Made by a program: the position numbers and the translations under genes
Shown: positions 24,801-37,924 of the stretch, piece by piece
How the letters are laid out: each line of letters opens with the position of its first letter
How positions within the stretch are numbered: position 1 is the first letter of the stretch
Notes under the pieces: generated by a model
What the model saw: the letters and a program-made list of their open reading frames with translations, nothing else
Database searches by the model: none
Told to the model about the DNA's origin: nothing
NCBI RefSeq assembly: GCF_001194135.2
Contig: NC_068990.1
Coordinates: 84,251,520 to 84,315,519 of the forward strand
Length of the DNA: 64,000 nucleotides
Source: Octopus bimaculoides
Lineage: Eukaryota
Direction of reading: 5' to 3'

Positions 24801-26301
24801 ATGAAGAAGATATTTCAAGTAGGAAGAGTGAACCACATTGACTAAACTTAGCCTTCAAATCTTCCCATTAACAAAAGACATTTACAGACAGGCTGACATT
24901 CCTTATCAAAAGTGTGAAATATTCCTTTATCAGATAATTTTGGGGAAGCTGAGATAAATTCTCTAGAGCACTTTAGTTCTAATGGAAGGCACTTTTCTAA
25001 AGCATCTTAAGAATCAGACTCTATTAAACATGAGCCACCTTCTCTTTATGAATACCACAATCTCTCAATTTTTCAATAGATACCCCTAAATATTCACCAC
25101 CCTAATTATCTATGAATTGATTGATTCATTTCATTTTCAAGTCAACTTTGAAATAATAGTGATATAATTGCTAACAAAGTCACCTTTATTAGTACTTTTA
25201 TTGTAGCCCCAGCCTACAAGAATTACTGGACTTGAACTCAGTATCTTGAGCTCATGAAACCTCCTTTATAATACCGGGCCTTTTCCAACTGAGCCATTTC
25301 CAACCTGTTGATACCTGTTTGCAATTAGCTAAACTGGGCTTTTGAAATTAAATCTCTTGATCACAGCCTGTAAGCACTGCTAGGGACAGAACATAAACAT
25401 CTGACTCATTCAATTGATTATCTGATATCCCTGTTGACTCAGTCATTTGAAGCTTTGAGTGACTAATTTATAAACAAGGAAATAAGGTAGCCTTTATGTG
25501 GTCAGTTGACCTGCTAGAAGTAGCAGTCAAATCCCTTTCAAATTACATCTACCAACCACGTAAGAAAATTAAAAAAATGAATACCTTGAATAAAGTAATC
25601 CAAGGTACACTGTTACCAAAAACTAGATGAGATGGTAATATCTGGTACGTCTTTGATCATAGAGATGTTCAATTTGAGTTGACCACTACTTGAGTGAAAA
25701 ACACACAGAATTAAATGGAGTGTATAGATTGAATTTGCATTGTTGGGTCACTACTTGGATCTCTTTTGATCATTTTGCTTCTTATAGTATTGGCATATTT
25801 TAACTCGCATATCAAGCTGTTGTAGTATAGCTTCAGGTCAGCTTCGATGCAGTAGACTTACTGGTCACTTGACTAAATAACTTGGTGCTACTGACAGGTT
25901 TTATTTTTTAAGATGTTAGAGGTAAATTTGTAGGAGATTTCACTGTTATTTCTAGCATCTCATGTGACTACATAGGGGCTGTTTCATTGGGCATGTCTGA
26001 TATTGTTGCAGGGATTAAAAGAATTAATAAAAAGTACTGGATAAATACTACATTTTTGGGGGGAAAAATTCAAATCATGTCAATATTCATGTTGTCGTTC
26101 ACCACATTGGTGAGGGTGGGCGATAAACATGTACCAGTCATATACTGGGAGCGATCTAATCACTATTTTCCTCACCCACCTACTCGAATTAATGGTCTTA
26201 TGCCTTTAGGGATCGTTCTTCTTATTGTTGTTGCTGTTACCACTGTTGCTACTACAGCAACCTTTATTATTACTATTAAACAAAGACACAAACTGTTCAC
26301 G

Positions 26302-26347
<46 letters not shown>

Positions 26348-27009
26348 GGGTGTACATGTATGTGTGTGTGTGTGTATTTTGTATTCCAAAGCTACAAACA
26401 CTAAAAATATATATTATTATTTGCCATTTTTCAGGGTAAGTTTTTTTAACATTTATTTTGAGAAATAGCTGTCAGATCTCCCTCAAACCACACCCTACTC
26501 TCTGTCTGTCAAGAAAGGAAATGGTGAAAGACAAATATGGAGCAGTATGGGCAAGAATTAGAAACACAAACAACAAGTAAAGAGTAGCAGGGTCTGTGTC
26601 AAAGAAAGTTTCCAGAATACATTTGTGTGATGTCAAACTATTTTCTTTTTGTTTCAGTCTCTTTTTTTAATTTGTCTTGTTTCTCTCTCTCTCTCTCTGG
26701 TATAGTGGAATAAAAAGAGATATCAAAAGAAAAATACATACAAAGAGAGGGAGGGAGAAAAATAAATAGACAGGGGAAAGATAGTGATAGTGACAATGGC
26801 AATAGTTTGAAAAGACTGTATAACACGTTCATTTGCATAATTTGTTGTAAAACACTTTCTGAGATAACTCTCTTGTTAAACTCCTCTAGCTTGAGTGATG
26901 CCAGATATGAGTCAACGCAATGCAGTCTCTGTACATTGGCTTCAGCTTGGAGTCACAACTGTGTCATAGACTCATTCAACTTATTACATACTGAAATATT
27001 GCTCTACAC

Positions 27010-27162
27010 CAGTGTTTCTCAACCTTTTTACCATTGCGTAACCCTTAAAATAAACTGCATGTCTCAAGGAACCCCTGCACAAAACAAAATTATATACCAT
27101 ATCTTTGTCATATATTTTCATCGTAGTTCACATGGCAAATACCACACACACACACACACACG

Positions 27163-27197
<35 letters not shown>

Positions 27198-27289
27198 TTA
27201 TATATATCATGAAATTAGCATTAGCTTATCTCACTCTTTCTCACAGAAACCCTAGGAATCTTTTGTGGAACCCCAGTTGAGAAACACTG
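27010..27289. mobile_element. hAT (Charlie-like) MITE, second family
   Basis: TIRs cagtgtttctcaac / gttgagaaacactg with a perfect 8-bp TSD ctctacac. Confidence 0.9.
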
Positions 27290-28489
27290 CTCTACACCAA
27301 TGTAAATATATAATATTAGTTTCTAATTTTGGCACAAGGCCAGCAATTTTGGAAGAGGGGTTAAGCTGATTGCATCAACCCCAGTGTTCAACTGNNNNNN
27401 NNNNNNNNNNNNNNNNNNNNNNNNNNNNNNNNNNNNNNNNNNNNNNNNNNNNNNNNNNNNNNNNNNNNNNNNNNNNNNNNNNNNNNNNNNNNNNNNNNNN
27501 NNNNNNNNNNNNNNNNNNNNNNNNNNNNNNNNNNNNNNNNNNNNNNNNNNNNNNNNNNNNNNNNNNNNNNNNNNNNNNNNNNNNNNNNNNNNNNNNNNNN
27601 NNNNNNNNNNNNNNNNNNNNNNNNNNNNNNNNNNNNNNNNNNNNNNNNNNNNNNNNNNNNNNNNNNNNNNNNNNNNNNNNNNNNNNNNNNNNNNNNNNNN
27701 NNNNNNNNNNNNNNNNNNNNNNNNNNNNNNNNNNNNNNNNNNNNNNNNNNNGTGGTGGTGGTGGTGGTGATTTCCAACATAGGTACAAGGCTACCAAATT
27801 GTTTAGAGAGGAATGTTGTAAATTTAACTGACTCAAATACATAAATAATACTTATTTTGATTGACTTCTGGATAGGTTAGAAACCAAGATGATCTTGGCA
27901 AGATTTAAACTCAAAACGCAAATATAAGATTCTCAATTATTCTATCGGTTCTGTGATGCATCACTCATTGTAGCATCTATATCTCTGTCAGTTGCTGTTC
28001 TAGGAAGAATAAACAACTATGAAATTATTATCATTTAATGTCAGTCAGACTGCTTGGTCTGAAATGAAATGTGACCTACATTACCAAGAATATTTTGGGT
28101 GGTGCCAGATGTGGTTGGTGACAACAGACAGACCTACCTACACACACTTGCATTCAATCTCGATCAACAAGAGACAATAGATTTGTTTAATATTTCTCCT
28201 GGTTGCTTCTGTTTTATTGACAGACTAATCAAAAAGTTATTGGAAAGCAACTGAATTAATTTGCTGTTATTATGGTTGTTTAACCCCAGGTCAGTGCTGA
28301 ACAGACTTATGAACAAAGATATTTTTGCTATGACCACCGTCATGTCATTTCTTCAGAAATGGCATGTTAAGGATGTGAGTTGAAGATTTGACTGATATTT
28401 CTAGCAGGCCAAGCAACTGTGTTGAGATTCTCCTCATTTACTGTGTACAGAATCATTTTATGAAGTACTTGCAAATAAGATATATATGC

Positions 28490-28880
28490 AGGAGTGGCTA
28501 TGTGGTAAGTAGCTTGCTTACCAACCACATGGTTCCGGGTTCAGTCCCACTGCGTGGTACCTTGGGCAAGTATCTTCTACTATAGCCTCAGGCCAACCAA
28601 AGCCTTGTGAATGGATTTGGTAGATGGAAACTGAAAGAAGCCTGTCGTATATATGTATATATATATGTGTATGTTTGTGTGTCTGTGTTTGTCCCCCCAA
28701 CATCGCTTGACAACCGATGCTGGTGTCTTTACGTCCCCGTAACTTAGTGGTTCGGCAAAAGAGATCGATAGAATAAGTATTAGGCTTCCAAAGAATAAGT
28801 CCTGGGGTCAATTTGCTCGACTAAAGGCGGTGCTCCAGTATGGCCGCAGTCAAATGACTGAAACAAGTAAAAGAGTAAAA
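28490..28880 (+). mobile_element. tRNA-headed composite SINE with an internal TA/TG microsatellite
   Basis: A/B-box-like head (tggctatgtggtaag...ggttcagtccc). Other copies at 32625-33032, 57346-57708 and 63773-64000, with fragments at 5965-6120 and 39385-39545(-). Confidence 0.85.
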
Positions 28881-29839
28881 ACAGAAATAAATGTTCCGCC
28901 AATAAATTATATAAATTTTTATTCACTCATTTCTGCAATGGCTTGTTGAATTTCTAGAATTTTTACTACATGGTAAATATTCATAACCTCTTACTAGTAT
29001 AGCTTTTGGAGCAATGTTCTGCACTAAATTTACCACATGGTATATACTTTTCTACTTTAGGCACAAGGGCTAATTTATAGGTTTCTTTCTCTAACATTTT
29101 ACATGTTCAACTTACATAAGTTAATGTGTGAATAACAAAACAGGAATTTCGAAAGAAGTTTCAATAAAACCAGTTTTTATACATCAAATGGTGATGGGGG
29201 TCCACCAGAATAAAATAGTAATCAAAGGGGTCCATAGATAAAAAAAATGTTTAGAACCCCTGGGCTAGATGGGTACTTACTGAGGCAGTATTTTATGGCT
29301 GCATGCTGAAATAGAAGATATATACCTAAGGTCCCATGCAGATGAATTTGAGACTATGTGGTTGGAAAACAAACTTTTTAACCACATAGCAGTATGTATG
29401 TATGTATGTACGTACGTACATATGTATATATGTGCGTACGTATGTACATATGTATGTATGTATGTATGTATGTATACGTATGTTTGTTTGTTCATTCTTC
29501 CTTTAAAATATGTTTTGTAGCAGTTGTTGGAAGCCATTGTATATAAATTTTAAAAAATCGTTATATTTAAACTAGTTTATCTTCAATTTGATGTCTATAA
29601 TTTTTCCTTAGATATATTGTCAATTGGATTTGAAAGTTATTGATTTCTTATATAGATACAATAGAAGCCGAGTAGACTAGGCATTGGACTACTAGCATAT
29701 GGTACATATGTTCAAATACACTGTTCATCTGGTCAATCTTGCTTGTACTTACTCTGATCACGCCGCCCATCATGATCTCACATACCATTTGGGAGGTCAG
29801 TCGGGCAATCCACTATCATAATAATAATAATAATAGTAT

Positions 29840-30730
29840 TAAAGTCAAGAGTGCAGTGGGACAAAAATAAAATGGGAAAAAAAGGCAAACAAGATTGTGA
29901 TTGAATGTTGGCTGAGAATGAGCCAAATAAAAGAAGTTTCATGAAGTGAATGAAGAGAATTTGGGATGAAAAAGGAGTTTTTGAATATTCCACCCAGTGA
30001 CTGATAGGCCAGGGAAAGATTAGAGATTGAAGAAATTTAGAGAAGAATAAAAAATGAACAGGAAAAGTGAAACAACAGTAGCAGAAAGTGGTAATGAAGG
30101 GGGAAGAGATGAAAAAGAAGGAAATCACTATGTGCCTGAGAAATAACGATGGAGTAGACAGTAAAGGTGATCTAAATGGAGAAGTGACAATAAATGTTGA
30201 ACAAGACTTGGATGCTGAAGAGAAGGAGATTCTAGAAATGCTGCAAGGTAAAATGTTTGGTGTGAACAATGAAATGCCATCGAATGTAAGGCATATGGAC
30301 AAAGGGAAAATAAGGAGAGCCATAGGCAAAGTAAATGGCATTTTGAGCTTGGTTTAAAATGGAGAACATTAGAGAAACAGACCAGCTAATCATAGCTGCT
30401 GATAATGTAGCTGATATAATAGGATACAAGTAGAAGATAGTTGAAGAAAAGAAAGAACCAAAGTGGAGGAAGAGAATACGAATGAAGATGGAAAAGATAC
30501 AGAAGGAACTGGGTCAATTAAATAGGATAACGAGAGGAGAACTGAAGAATGAAGTTGTAATCTGAAAATTGAATGGGTGGCACAGGATGGAATAGAGGGG
30601 AAAGCAAATAGTACATGAAGAATTGTCGCAAAGAGTGATGGCATTAAAGGTTAAATTGAAAAGATATGATGCTAGATGACAAAGTTTTGAACAGAATAGA
30701 TTGTTTCAATTAAATGAAAGGTGCTTTTTT
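29840..30730 (+). mobile_element. R4/Dong-type retrotransposon, N-terminal ORF relic
   Basis: ENEPNKRSFMK*MKRIWDEKGVF...KEPKWRKR...EELSQRVMALKVKLKRYDAR*QSFEQNRLFQLN. Begins after (TAA)5 at ~29818-29834. Confidence 0.65.
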
Positions 30731-31425
30731 TTTTTGTTTTGAAGAAATAGAGGGCCAAAAGACATGTTTACCTGAAAGATCAGAAATGAACAACACCGTT
30801 TGTATAACAATGATGTTTGTTTATCACTGTTGCATGATACCAAGACTTAGAGAAACACACACACACACACACACANNNNNNNNNNNNNNNNNNNNNNNNN
30901 NNNNNNNNNNNNNNNNNNNNNNNNNNNNNNNNNNNNNNNNNNNNNNNNNNNNNNNNNNNNNNNNNNNNNNNNNNNNNNNNNNNNNNNNNNNNNNNNNNNN
31001 NNNNNNNNNNNNNNNNNNNNNNNNNNNNNNNNNNNNNNNNNNNNNNNNNNNNNNNNNNNNNNNNNNNNNNNNNNNNNNNNNNNNNNNNNNNNNNNNNNNN
31101 NNNNNNNNNNNNNNNNNNNNNNNNNNNNNNNNNNNNNNNNNNNNNNNNNNNNNNNNNNNNNNNNNNNNNNNNNNNNNNNNNNNNNNNNNNNNNNNNNNNN
31201 NNNNNNNNNNNNNNNNNNNNNNNNNNNNNNNNNNNNNNNNNNNNNNNNNNNNNNNNNNNNNNNNNNNNNNNNNNNNNNNNNNNNNNNNNNNNNNNNNNNN
31301 NNNNNNNNNNNNNNNNNNNNNNNNNNNNNNNNNNNNNNNNNNNNNNNNNNNNNNNAATTTTTAAAAATTACATGAAACTAACAGAATTATTTTTATCTCT
31401 ATTTCCAAGAATAATTAAATAATCA

Positions 31426-31792
31426 GGTGATCTTACGGTACGAGTCCTAAATATCTGCCTTTTCCGTAAAAAGTGTTGGAGAGAAACAGGGAAACGACGT
31501 CATAAAAGCGAAAGACATACAGAGAGCGCGATTTATTTTGAAGGGGTTAGGGTTTGGGTTAGGGAATTCCGTCCCTAACCGTAACCGTAACCCTAAACAC
31601 TAACCCTAACTCTAAAACCCTAACCCTGACACTAAAACCCTAACCCTAACACTGTAGTGAAGATCGTGCGGGTGTTACGGAGGAGGCCGATCTTTGGTAA
31701 AGATTGCCGAAGACACTTTTTATGGAAAAGGCCGATATTTTGGACTCGTACCGTAAGATCGCTTTGGTATGAGTCCTAACCGTAAGATCGCC
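31426..31792. mobile_element. Merlin-like MITE containing degenerate telomeric repeats
   Basis: Termini GGTGATCTTACGGT / ACCGTAAGATCGCC, ~48-bp TIR homology (31429-31476 vs 31714-31760) and a perfect 8-bp TSD aataatca. Internal TTAGGG- and CCCTAA-like units. Confidence 0.8.
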
Positions 31793-32760
31793 AATAATCA
31801 TTTTCTAAATGTATTGTTACGTTAGGTAATATATGAACTTAACTAGAATTTCTGCTATTTCTAGCACTAGTTTCATAAATTCAAAATAATCAGTATATAT
31901 AGGGTTTAACACATACTTTAAGAAATTATTATTTCTTATATTTAATTGTTTATGTCATGATTTTATTTACTCCATGTACCCAGACTTTGTGGACACCCTC
32001 TATAATATATCGTAGTGTATACAATTGCTTATGTATCTAATGCAACATTTTGCAGAGATTATTTCAGCTGATAGGCAAAAGTATGTAAAAATGCCAGCAC
32101 ATTTACAATATCCCACCCTTTTCTACTTATTAAAAAGGCGTTTTAAGTATAATATTCTCTCTAGAACTTCTCAGGTCTAGGGTGGTGGAATGGCAGCCAT
32201 GTAAGAACAGAGAGTTGATCTAAATGATCTGTAGTAATTTACAGTTTAATTCCTGTAAATCTACAATTCTTAACCTGGGGAAATTTGCTCTCAGGGTTGG
32301 GAGGGGTGGATTTTGGGATTCCAGTGGAGGGAAATTTATGGATGCAAGTGAGGAAATTGTTTTTAGATTGAAAAATAATCTAAAAAACATTATTATTATT
32401 CATACTGTTTTTGCTAGATTTATCTTAATGATTATTTCAAGGATGTTAATGTTAAATTGATACAAACTATTCCTGATATGTAATAAATTGTATTGTATAC
32501 AAAAATACGTTTTTCTTATATATGGAGAGTGGGAAATTGGGATGCTTAACTGGTAAAGAGGGGAAATACAGGGGGAAGAAAAGGGTTAAGAAGCACTGCT
32601 CTAAGTTATGAGTAAAAAAAAAACTTGCTTGCCAACCACATGGTTCCGGGTTCAGTCCCACTGCGTGGTACCTTGGGCAAGTATCTTCTACTATAGCCTC
32701 AGGCCAACCAAAGCCTTGTGAATGGATTTGGTAGATGGAAACTGAAAGAAGCCTGTTGTA

Positions 32761-32822
<62 letters not shown>

Positions 32823-35800
32823 TGTGTCTGTGTTTATCCCCTCACCATCGCTTGACAACCGATGCTGGTGTGTTTACGTCCCCGTAACTTAGTGGTTCGG
32901 CAAAAAGAGCCCGATAAAATAAGTACTAGGCTCATAAAGAATAAGTCCTGGGGTCGATTTTCTCGACTAAAAGGTGGTGCTCCAGCATGGCCGCAGTCAA
33001 ATGACTGAAACAAGTAAAAGAGAATAAAAGAGTCCTTACTGAGGTCACTGTGTGTTATATTGACCCGCTTTGAGTTTGACTTAATAAGGTTGATTCAGAA
33101 TATAAACTTTTCTCACAATATTCCACCGTGAGAAATTAATATGTCACAAATGCATACTGCAATTTGTTATATTTGACTCTTGTCTCTTGCTTGAAAAGGT
33201 TTGCCATTTTGAATGTTTATGTTATTTCCGAAATTATAAGATGACTGATGAAATTCTGTGCCGTCATACTTTACTGAGGTTGCCCTTATCTGTTTTTATC
33301 AAATGAACCATATATCATACTCCCTCTCTTCTCTTTATGGATAACAGTTTACTTCACAAAGGTCTTTCAGTTGCAATTTGTTAGTAACTTAGTAACCCCT
33401 CATCTGGCTTAGTCATTAGGGGCCTCTCCTACCATCCCCTCAAATCATTTATTGAATAATTAGCTTGAATAATTTAGAGTGAGTTCCTGGAAAAGTCACT
33501 TTCCCACTCACTGACTCATTTTAAGTAGTTATAAATAAGTACCATGAGGCTATGGAGGCTCAGAAACTCCCTTCTTGTTCGTATTTTCTTCTCAGCCACT
33601 GATTGGCAAACTGAACGACATTCTTATCTAGCTGTACCTTTAACTCTTTGCCAGGAAAGTGTGACAAGGCCATGTGCCTTCAGTACTAATTGATAAAATA
33701 ACAATCATCATCGTCATCACATTTTCAAGTTATAGTCACCTGGATTAACTTGATTGCATTTTCTTATTATTTCAATATAATCTCATACAATTCATGATGA
33801 CATAATGAAAAAGAAAGAAAGAAAGAAAGAAAGAAAAGAAAAGAAATAAAGACAAGCAGAATGATAAAATTCAAACATAAGATACACACATACAGTCACC
33901 ATGTGTCATAACTAAACAATCTCTTTATTAGATATAAAAGAAAAAAAGACAAATGGTTTGTTTATTCATTGCTATGTGGTTAAAAAGTTTGTTTTCCAAC
34001 CACATAGTCTCAAATTCATCTGCATGGGACCTTGGGTATATATCTTCTATTTCAGCATGCAGCCATAAAATACTGCCTCAGTAGGTACCCATCTAGCCCA
34101 GGGTTTCTAACCATTTTTTTATCTATGGACCCCTTTGATTACTATTTTATTCTGGTGGACCCCCATCACCATTTGATGTATAAAAACTGGTTTTATTGAA
34201 ACTTCTTTCGGAATTCCTGTCTATTTTTAAAGTCACCTCCATTCTATTTCTTATTGATGCCATGGGTTGAGCTGTTGTCAAATTTATTTATTGCTTCACT
34301 TCCTTGTCTTGTTCTAACTCACTTATATCTGTCCTGAAAATCTCATTTCAAGTTTTCGTCAATCTGCCATGTGGTTTAAGAAGTTCACTTCCGAACCATG
34401 TGGTTTTGGGTTCAGTCCTGCTGTATAGCACCTTGGGCAAGTAGTTTTGTGAGTGAATTTGATAGATGAGAACTGAAAGAAGCTCGTGTCTGTGTGTGTA
34501 TGTATTGTGTATACATGCATATGTATGTGTGTATTTTTTTCCAGTGTTCCTCTTATTCTTTCTTTTTTTAAGACCACGAGAAATTTGGCTGTTATTTCTA
34601 ATGGACTGACCAACCATATTGGGGCTCTGTCATTAGTGTGTATTCTCTCTCATTGGCTTGCTTCGAGGTAATTAAGAATGATAATGAATGACTTAGCAAC
34701 TCATGGCAACCTTTGACTCTTTAGGATATATATGTTTTTAATCACTAAAAGATGTGATAAAGTTATTTTAGTGTTATCACATGTCATTTATCTTCTTTGA
34801 TTTTAATTAGTGAGGAAAAGAAAGAAGTTGAGTTGATAACTGAGACACTAGACTTCTGACTAACTGTATGACAGCATTCATATTTTTTCCTCCAAGTTCT
34901 TGGTAGATCAAATCTAGTCAGAACGGACTTTGCCTTTCCTTTGTTCAACACACGCGTGCGTGTGTGTGTGTGTGTGAATGTGTGTGTATATGTGTGTGTT
35001 AGTGCCTAAATTGTGTGTGTTGGAGAATGTGTCAGTGTATACATCAGGTGTGTGCATTAGTGTGTGTGTGTGTGTGTATTTGTGAGAATAAAATAGTATG
35101 TGTGATGCAAGCATGGCTGAATGGTTAAACAGTTTGTATTACAATCATGAGGTCTTTGGCTCAATCTCACCGCATAGCACCTTGAACAAGTGTTGTTAAC
35201 CTAGATCCTGTCAATGAAATTTTGTAGATGGAAACATCATGCAATTCTTGAAATGGACTTCACCTAAAATTCAAAGAGTCAAAATTGTCACTCACTGTGT
35301 CACATAAAATGTGATTCAGATTTATATTAGGTTTATATGAAGAGTCTATCAGCTGTATGGGTCATTTTACCCCAAAACAGATGGAGATACCAGAGATAAA
35401 AACATTCAATAAACAGATAACTGCAATAAATAAATGAAGTGCAGGCATGGCTGTGTGGATAAGATGTTTGTTTCTCTGCCATGTTGTTTCAAGTTCATTA
35501 CCATTACATGGCACTTTGGACAAATGTCTTCTGCAATAGCTTTAAACTGACTGATGCATTGAGAGTGAAATTTAGTGGAAACTGTATGGAAGTTCAGTGT
35601 GTGTGTGTGTGTATGTGTTCATATGTCTTTGCATTGACTCCATTTTAGCATAGTGAAGTTACAAAAGCAATATGTCCGGCAGCTCAACAGTTCAACATGT
35701 GAAGACCCTGGAATAAAGTACCTTAACATACCATAAGGGTTTGAGTTAGCAAGGGTATCTGGTCATAAAATACTGCTTCAGTTCATGCAACTACAGAAAC

Positions 35801-35886
35801 TGAACCCGGAACCATGCTGTTCATAAGCAAGCAACTTACCACACACCCACTCCTATGCCTATATTTTTTTTATTGTGTTATTTTAA

Positions 35887-36093
35887 CCCTTTTGTTGAAC
35901 TACATTGCATTTGTTTCAATTAATATTGAAAATAATTAAGAATTTGGTAAAATATTTAGGTCATTACTAAGCTGCTAATTGGAACATAAATTAGCATGGA
36001 ATTTGAATGGGAAATTTAAATTTAGATCAGTTTATATAGAAAGTTTGTATCATTGAAGCAAGAGCGGTCTTGGGCAGGTTGGTATCAAAAGGG
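35887..36093. mobile_element. piggyBac-type MITE
   Basis: TTAA-cccttttg ... caaaaggg-TTAG. Confidence 0.6.
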
Positions 36094-37447
36094 TTAGATG
36101 TAAAATTTATTCTCCACAAGATAATTCAAGATGAAACACAAAATAAGTCACCCAACACTAGAAGGATAAGATATAATACCAGGTTGGAGTTTTACCAGTT
36201 CAGAATAAATTCTACTCATATGAAGTATTGACAGCTGGGTCTGTTTGAAATGTGTCCAGAATGATGAAATTGTTTCACATGCACTTTATTGTCACAACAT
36301 GGCTGATCTGAGAAGTTATATTAAACAAGATAAGTTGTTGGTTGAGTCTGTTGTGAGGATAACACCACCGTCTTCTTTTGCCAGGAAGAGCAGGTACATA
36401 TTTTTTTGTTTGTCTTTGTGGCTATAGTGAAACAGATTGTATGGTGGATGAAATTGAAAGACTGAGAACTGACACTTTTTGAACAAACCCTCATTAACTT
36501 TTTTCAAGTTCCACTTGAAGAGAAAAGTAGAAGTAGGTGATGAGGTGTTATTCTCAGGTGAATTTGCTGGAAGGTGAGTAAGAATAGTAAGAATGCCCTG
36601 CTCACACAGTCCTACAGTCAGTATACACCTGTAAGGTGAAAAATACAGCTGGGAAAGTGCACTTGCCTGAGTATTCTTGAATTTGTGAGGTTTTTTTGAT
36701 TAGCCTAAAGTAGTTGTTTTCCTATTGGGATGTCTTGTTTGACTTTTCATGCTGTTGTTTTCTTGTTGTTTTCTTGTTTATTTTTTCATAATTTTATACG
36801 AATCCTTACTGTTTTTGCAATTTGTTGCATTCGTCATCTTTGTGACAAATAAAAGGAATTATTATTATTATTATTATTATTATTATTGTTGTTGTTGTTG
36901 TAAGGACAATAGATTGGTTGAATCAGTAGAGTGTCAGATGAAATGTTTTGTGATTATGTGTTCTTGCTTTTTACATTCTGAGTTCAAGTCCCACAAAGGT
37001 CAACTCAGCCATTTATTCTTCTGGGTTTGATAATATAAACAAAGCATCAGTCAAGTATTAGGGTTACTGGAATTGACTAAACCCTACCCCACTCTAAATT
37101 TCTATCCTTTTGGCCTTTTTGGCCGTTGTTGTTGTTGTTGTTACTGCTGGCAGTGGATGCTAGAATCATTAAAGCAAGAAACAAAACGTCTTGTGGTATT
37201 TGTTCTGGCACTTGATGTTCTGATTTCAAATCCTACCAAAGTCAATTTTATCTTTCATCCTTCTGGTCTTGCTAAAGTACCAGTTAATTACTGACTCAAT
37301 ATAATCAACTATTCCCCCTCCCCACAAATTTCTACCTTTGTTAGAAACAATTGTTATTATTGTGATGGCTAAACAGCTAACTGCTAATAATTATATCAAT
37401 GAGTTTGTAACAGAAAAAACTTACAAATGTTTCTTTCTCTTTTGCAG

Positions 37448-37599
37448 TAAGGTCGATGGCTATGGGTTTGAACGTTCAGATAGTTTTGACTATGGACTCA
37501 ATAATGAATTTACATCAACTTATAAACCAATCTTAGAGCGACGAAACAGGCGATGGAATGACTCAGTTTCCAACTCAAAAGTTCCCCACAACAGAAAAA
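37448..37599 (+). CDS. GRTP1: GRTP1 coding exon 2
   Basis: tttgcag acceptor; KVDGYGFERSDSFDY...RRNRRW, matching the GRTP1 N-terminal D.YGFERP motif; gtaagg donor; phase 2 to 1. Confidence 0.95.
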
Positions 37600-37636
37600 G
37601 TAAGGGTCACCTTTTTGTTTTGTTAAACTATTATTA

Positions 37637-37676
<40 letters not shown>

Positions 37677-37889
37677 AGTGGTGAGCTGGTAGAATCGTTA
37701 ACATGCCTGGCAAAATGCTAAATGATATTTCATACTTCCTTATGTTCTGAGTTCAAATTCCACCAAGGTTGACTTTAGCTTTCATCCTTTTGGGGGTCAG
37801 TGAAATAAGTACCAGTTATGCACTGGAGTCGGTGTAATCGACTAGCCTCCTCCTACAAAATTTCAGGCCTTGTGCCTATAGTAGAAAAG

Positions 37890-37924
<35 letters not shown>

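Noticed and set aside
31543-31650. Telomeric repeats suggesting a chromosome end or fusion site
   Set aside because: Short, degenerate and enclosed by TIRs and a TSD, so they are part of a MITE.
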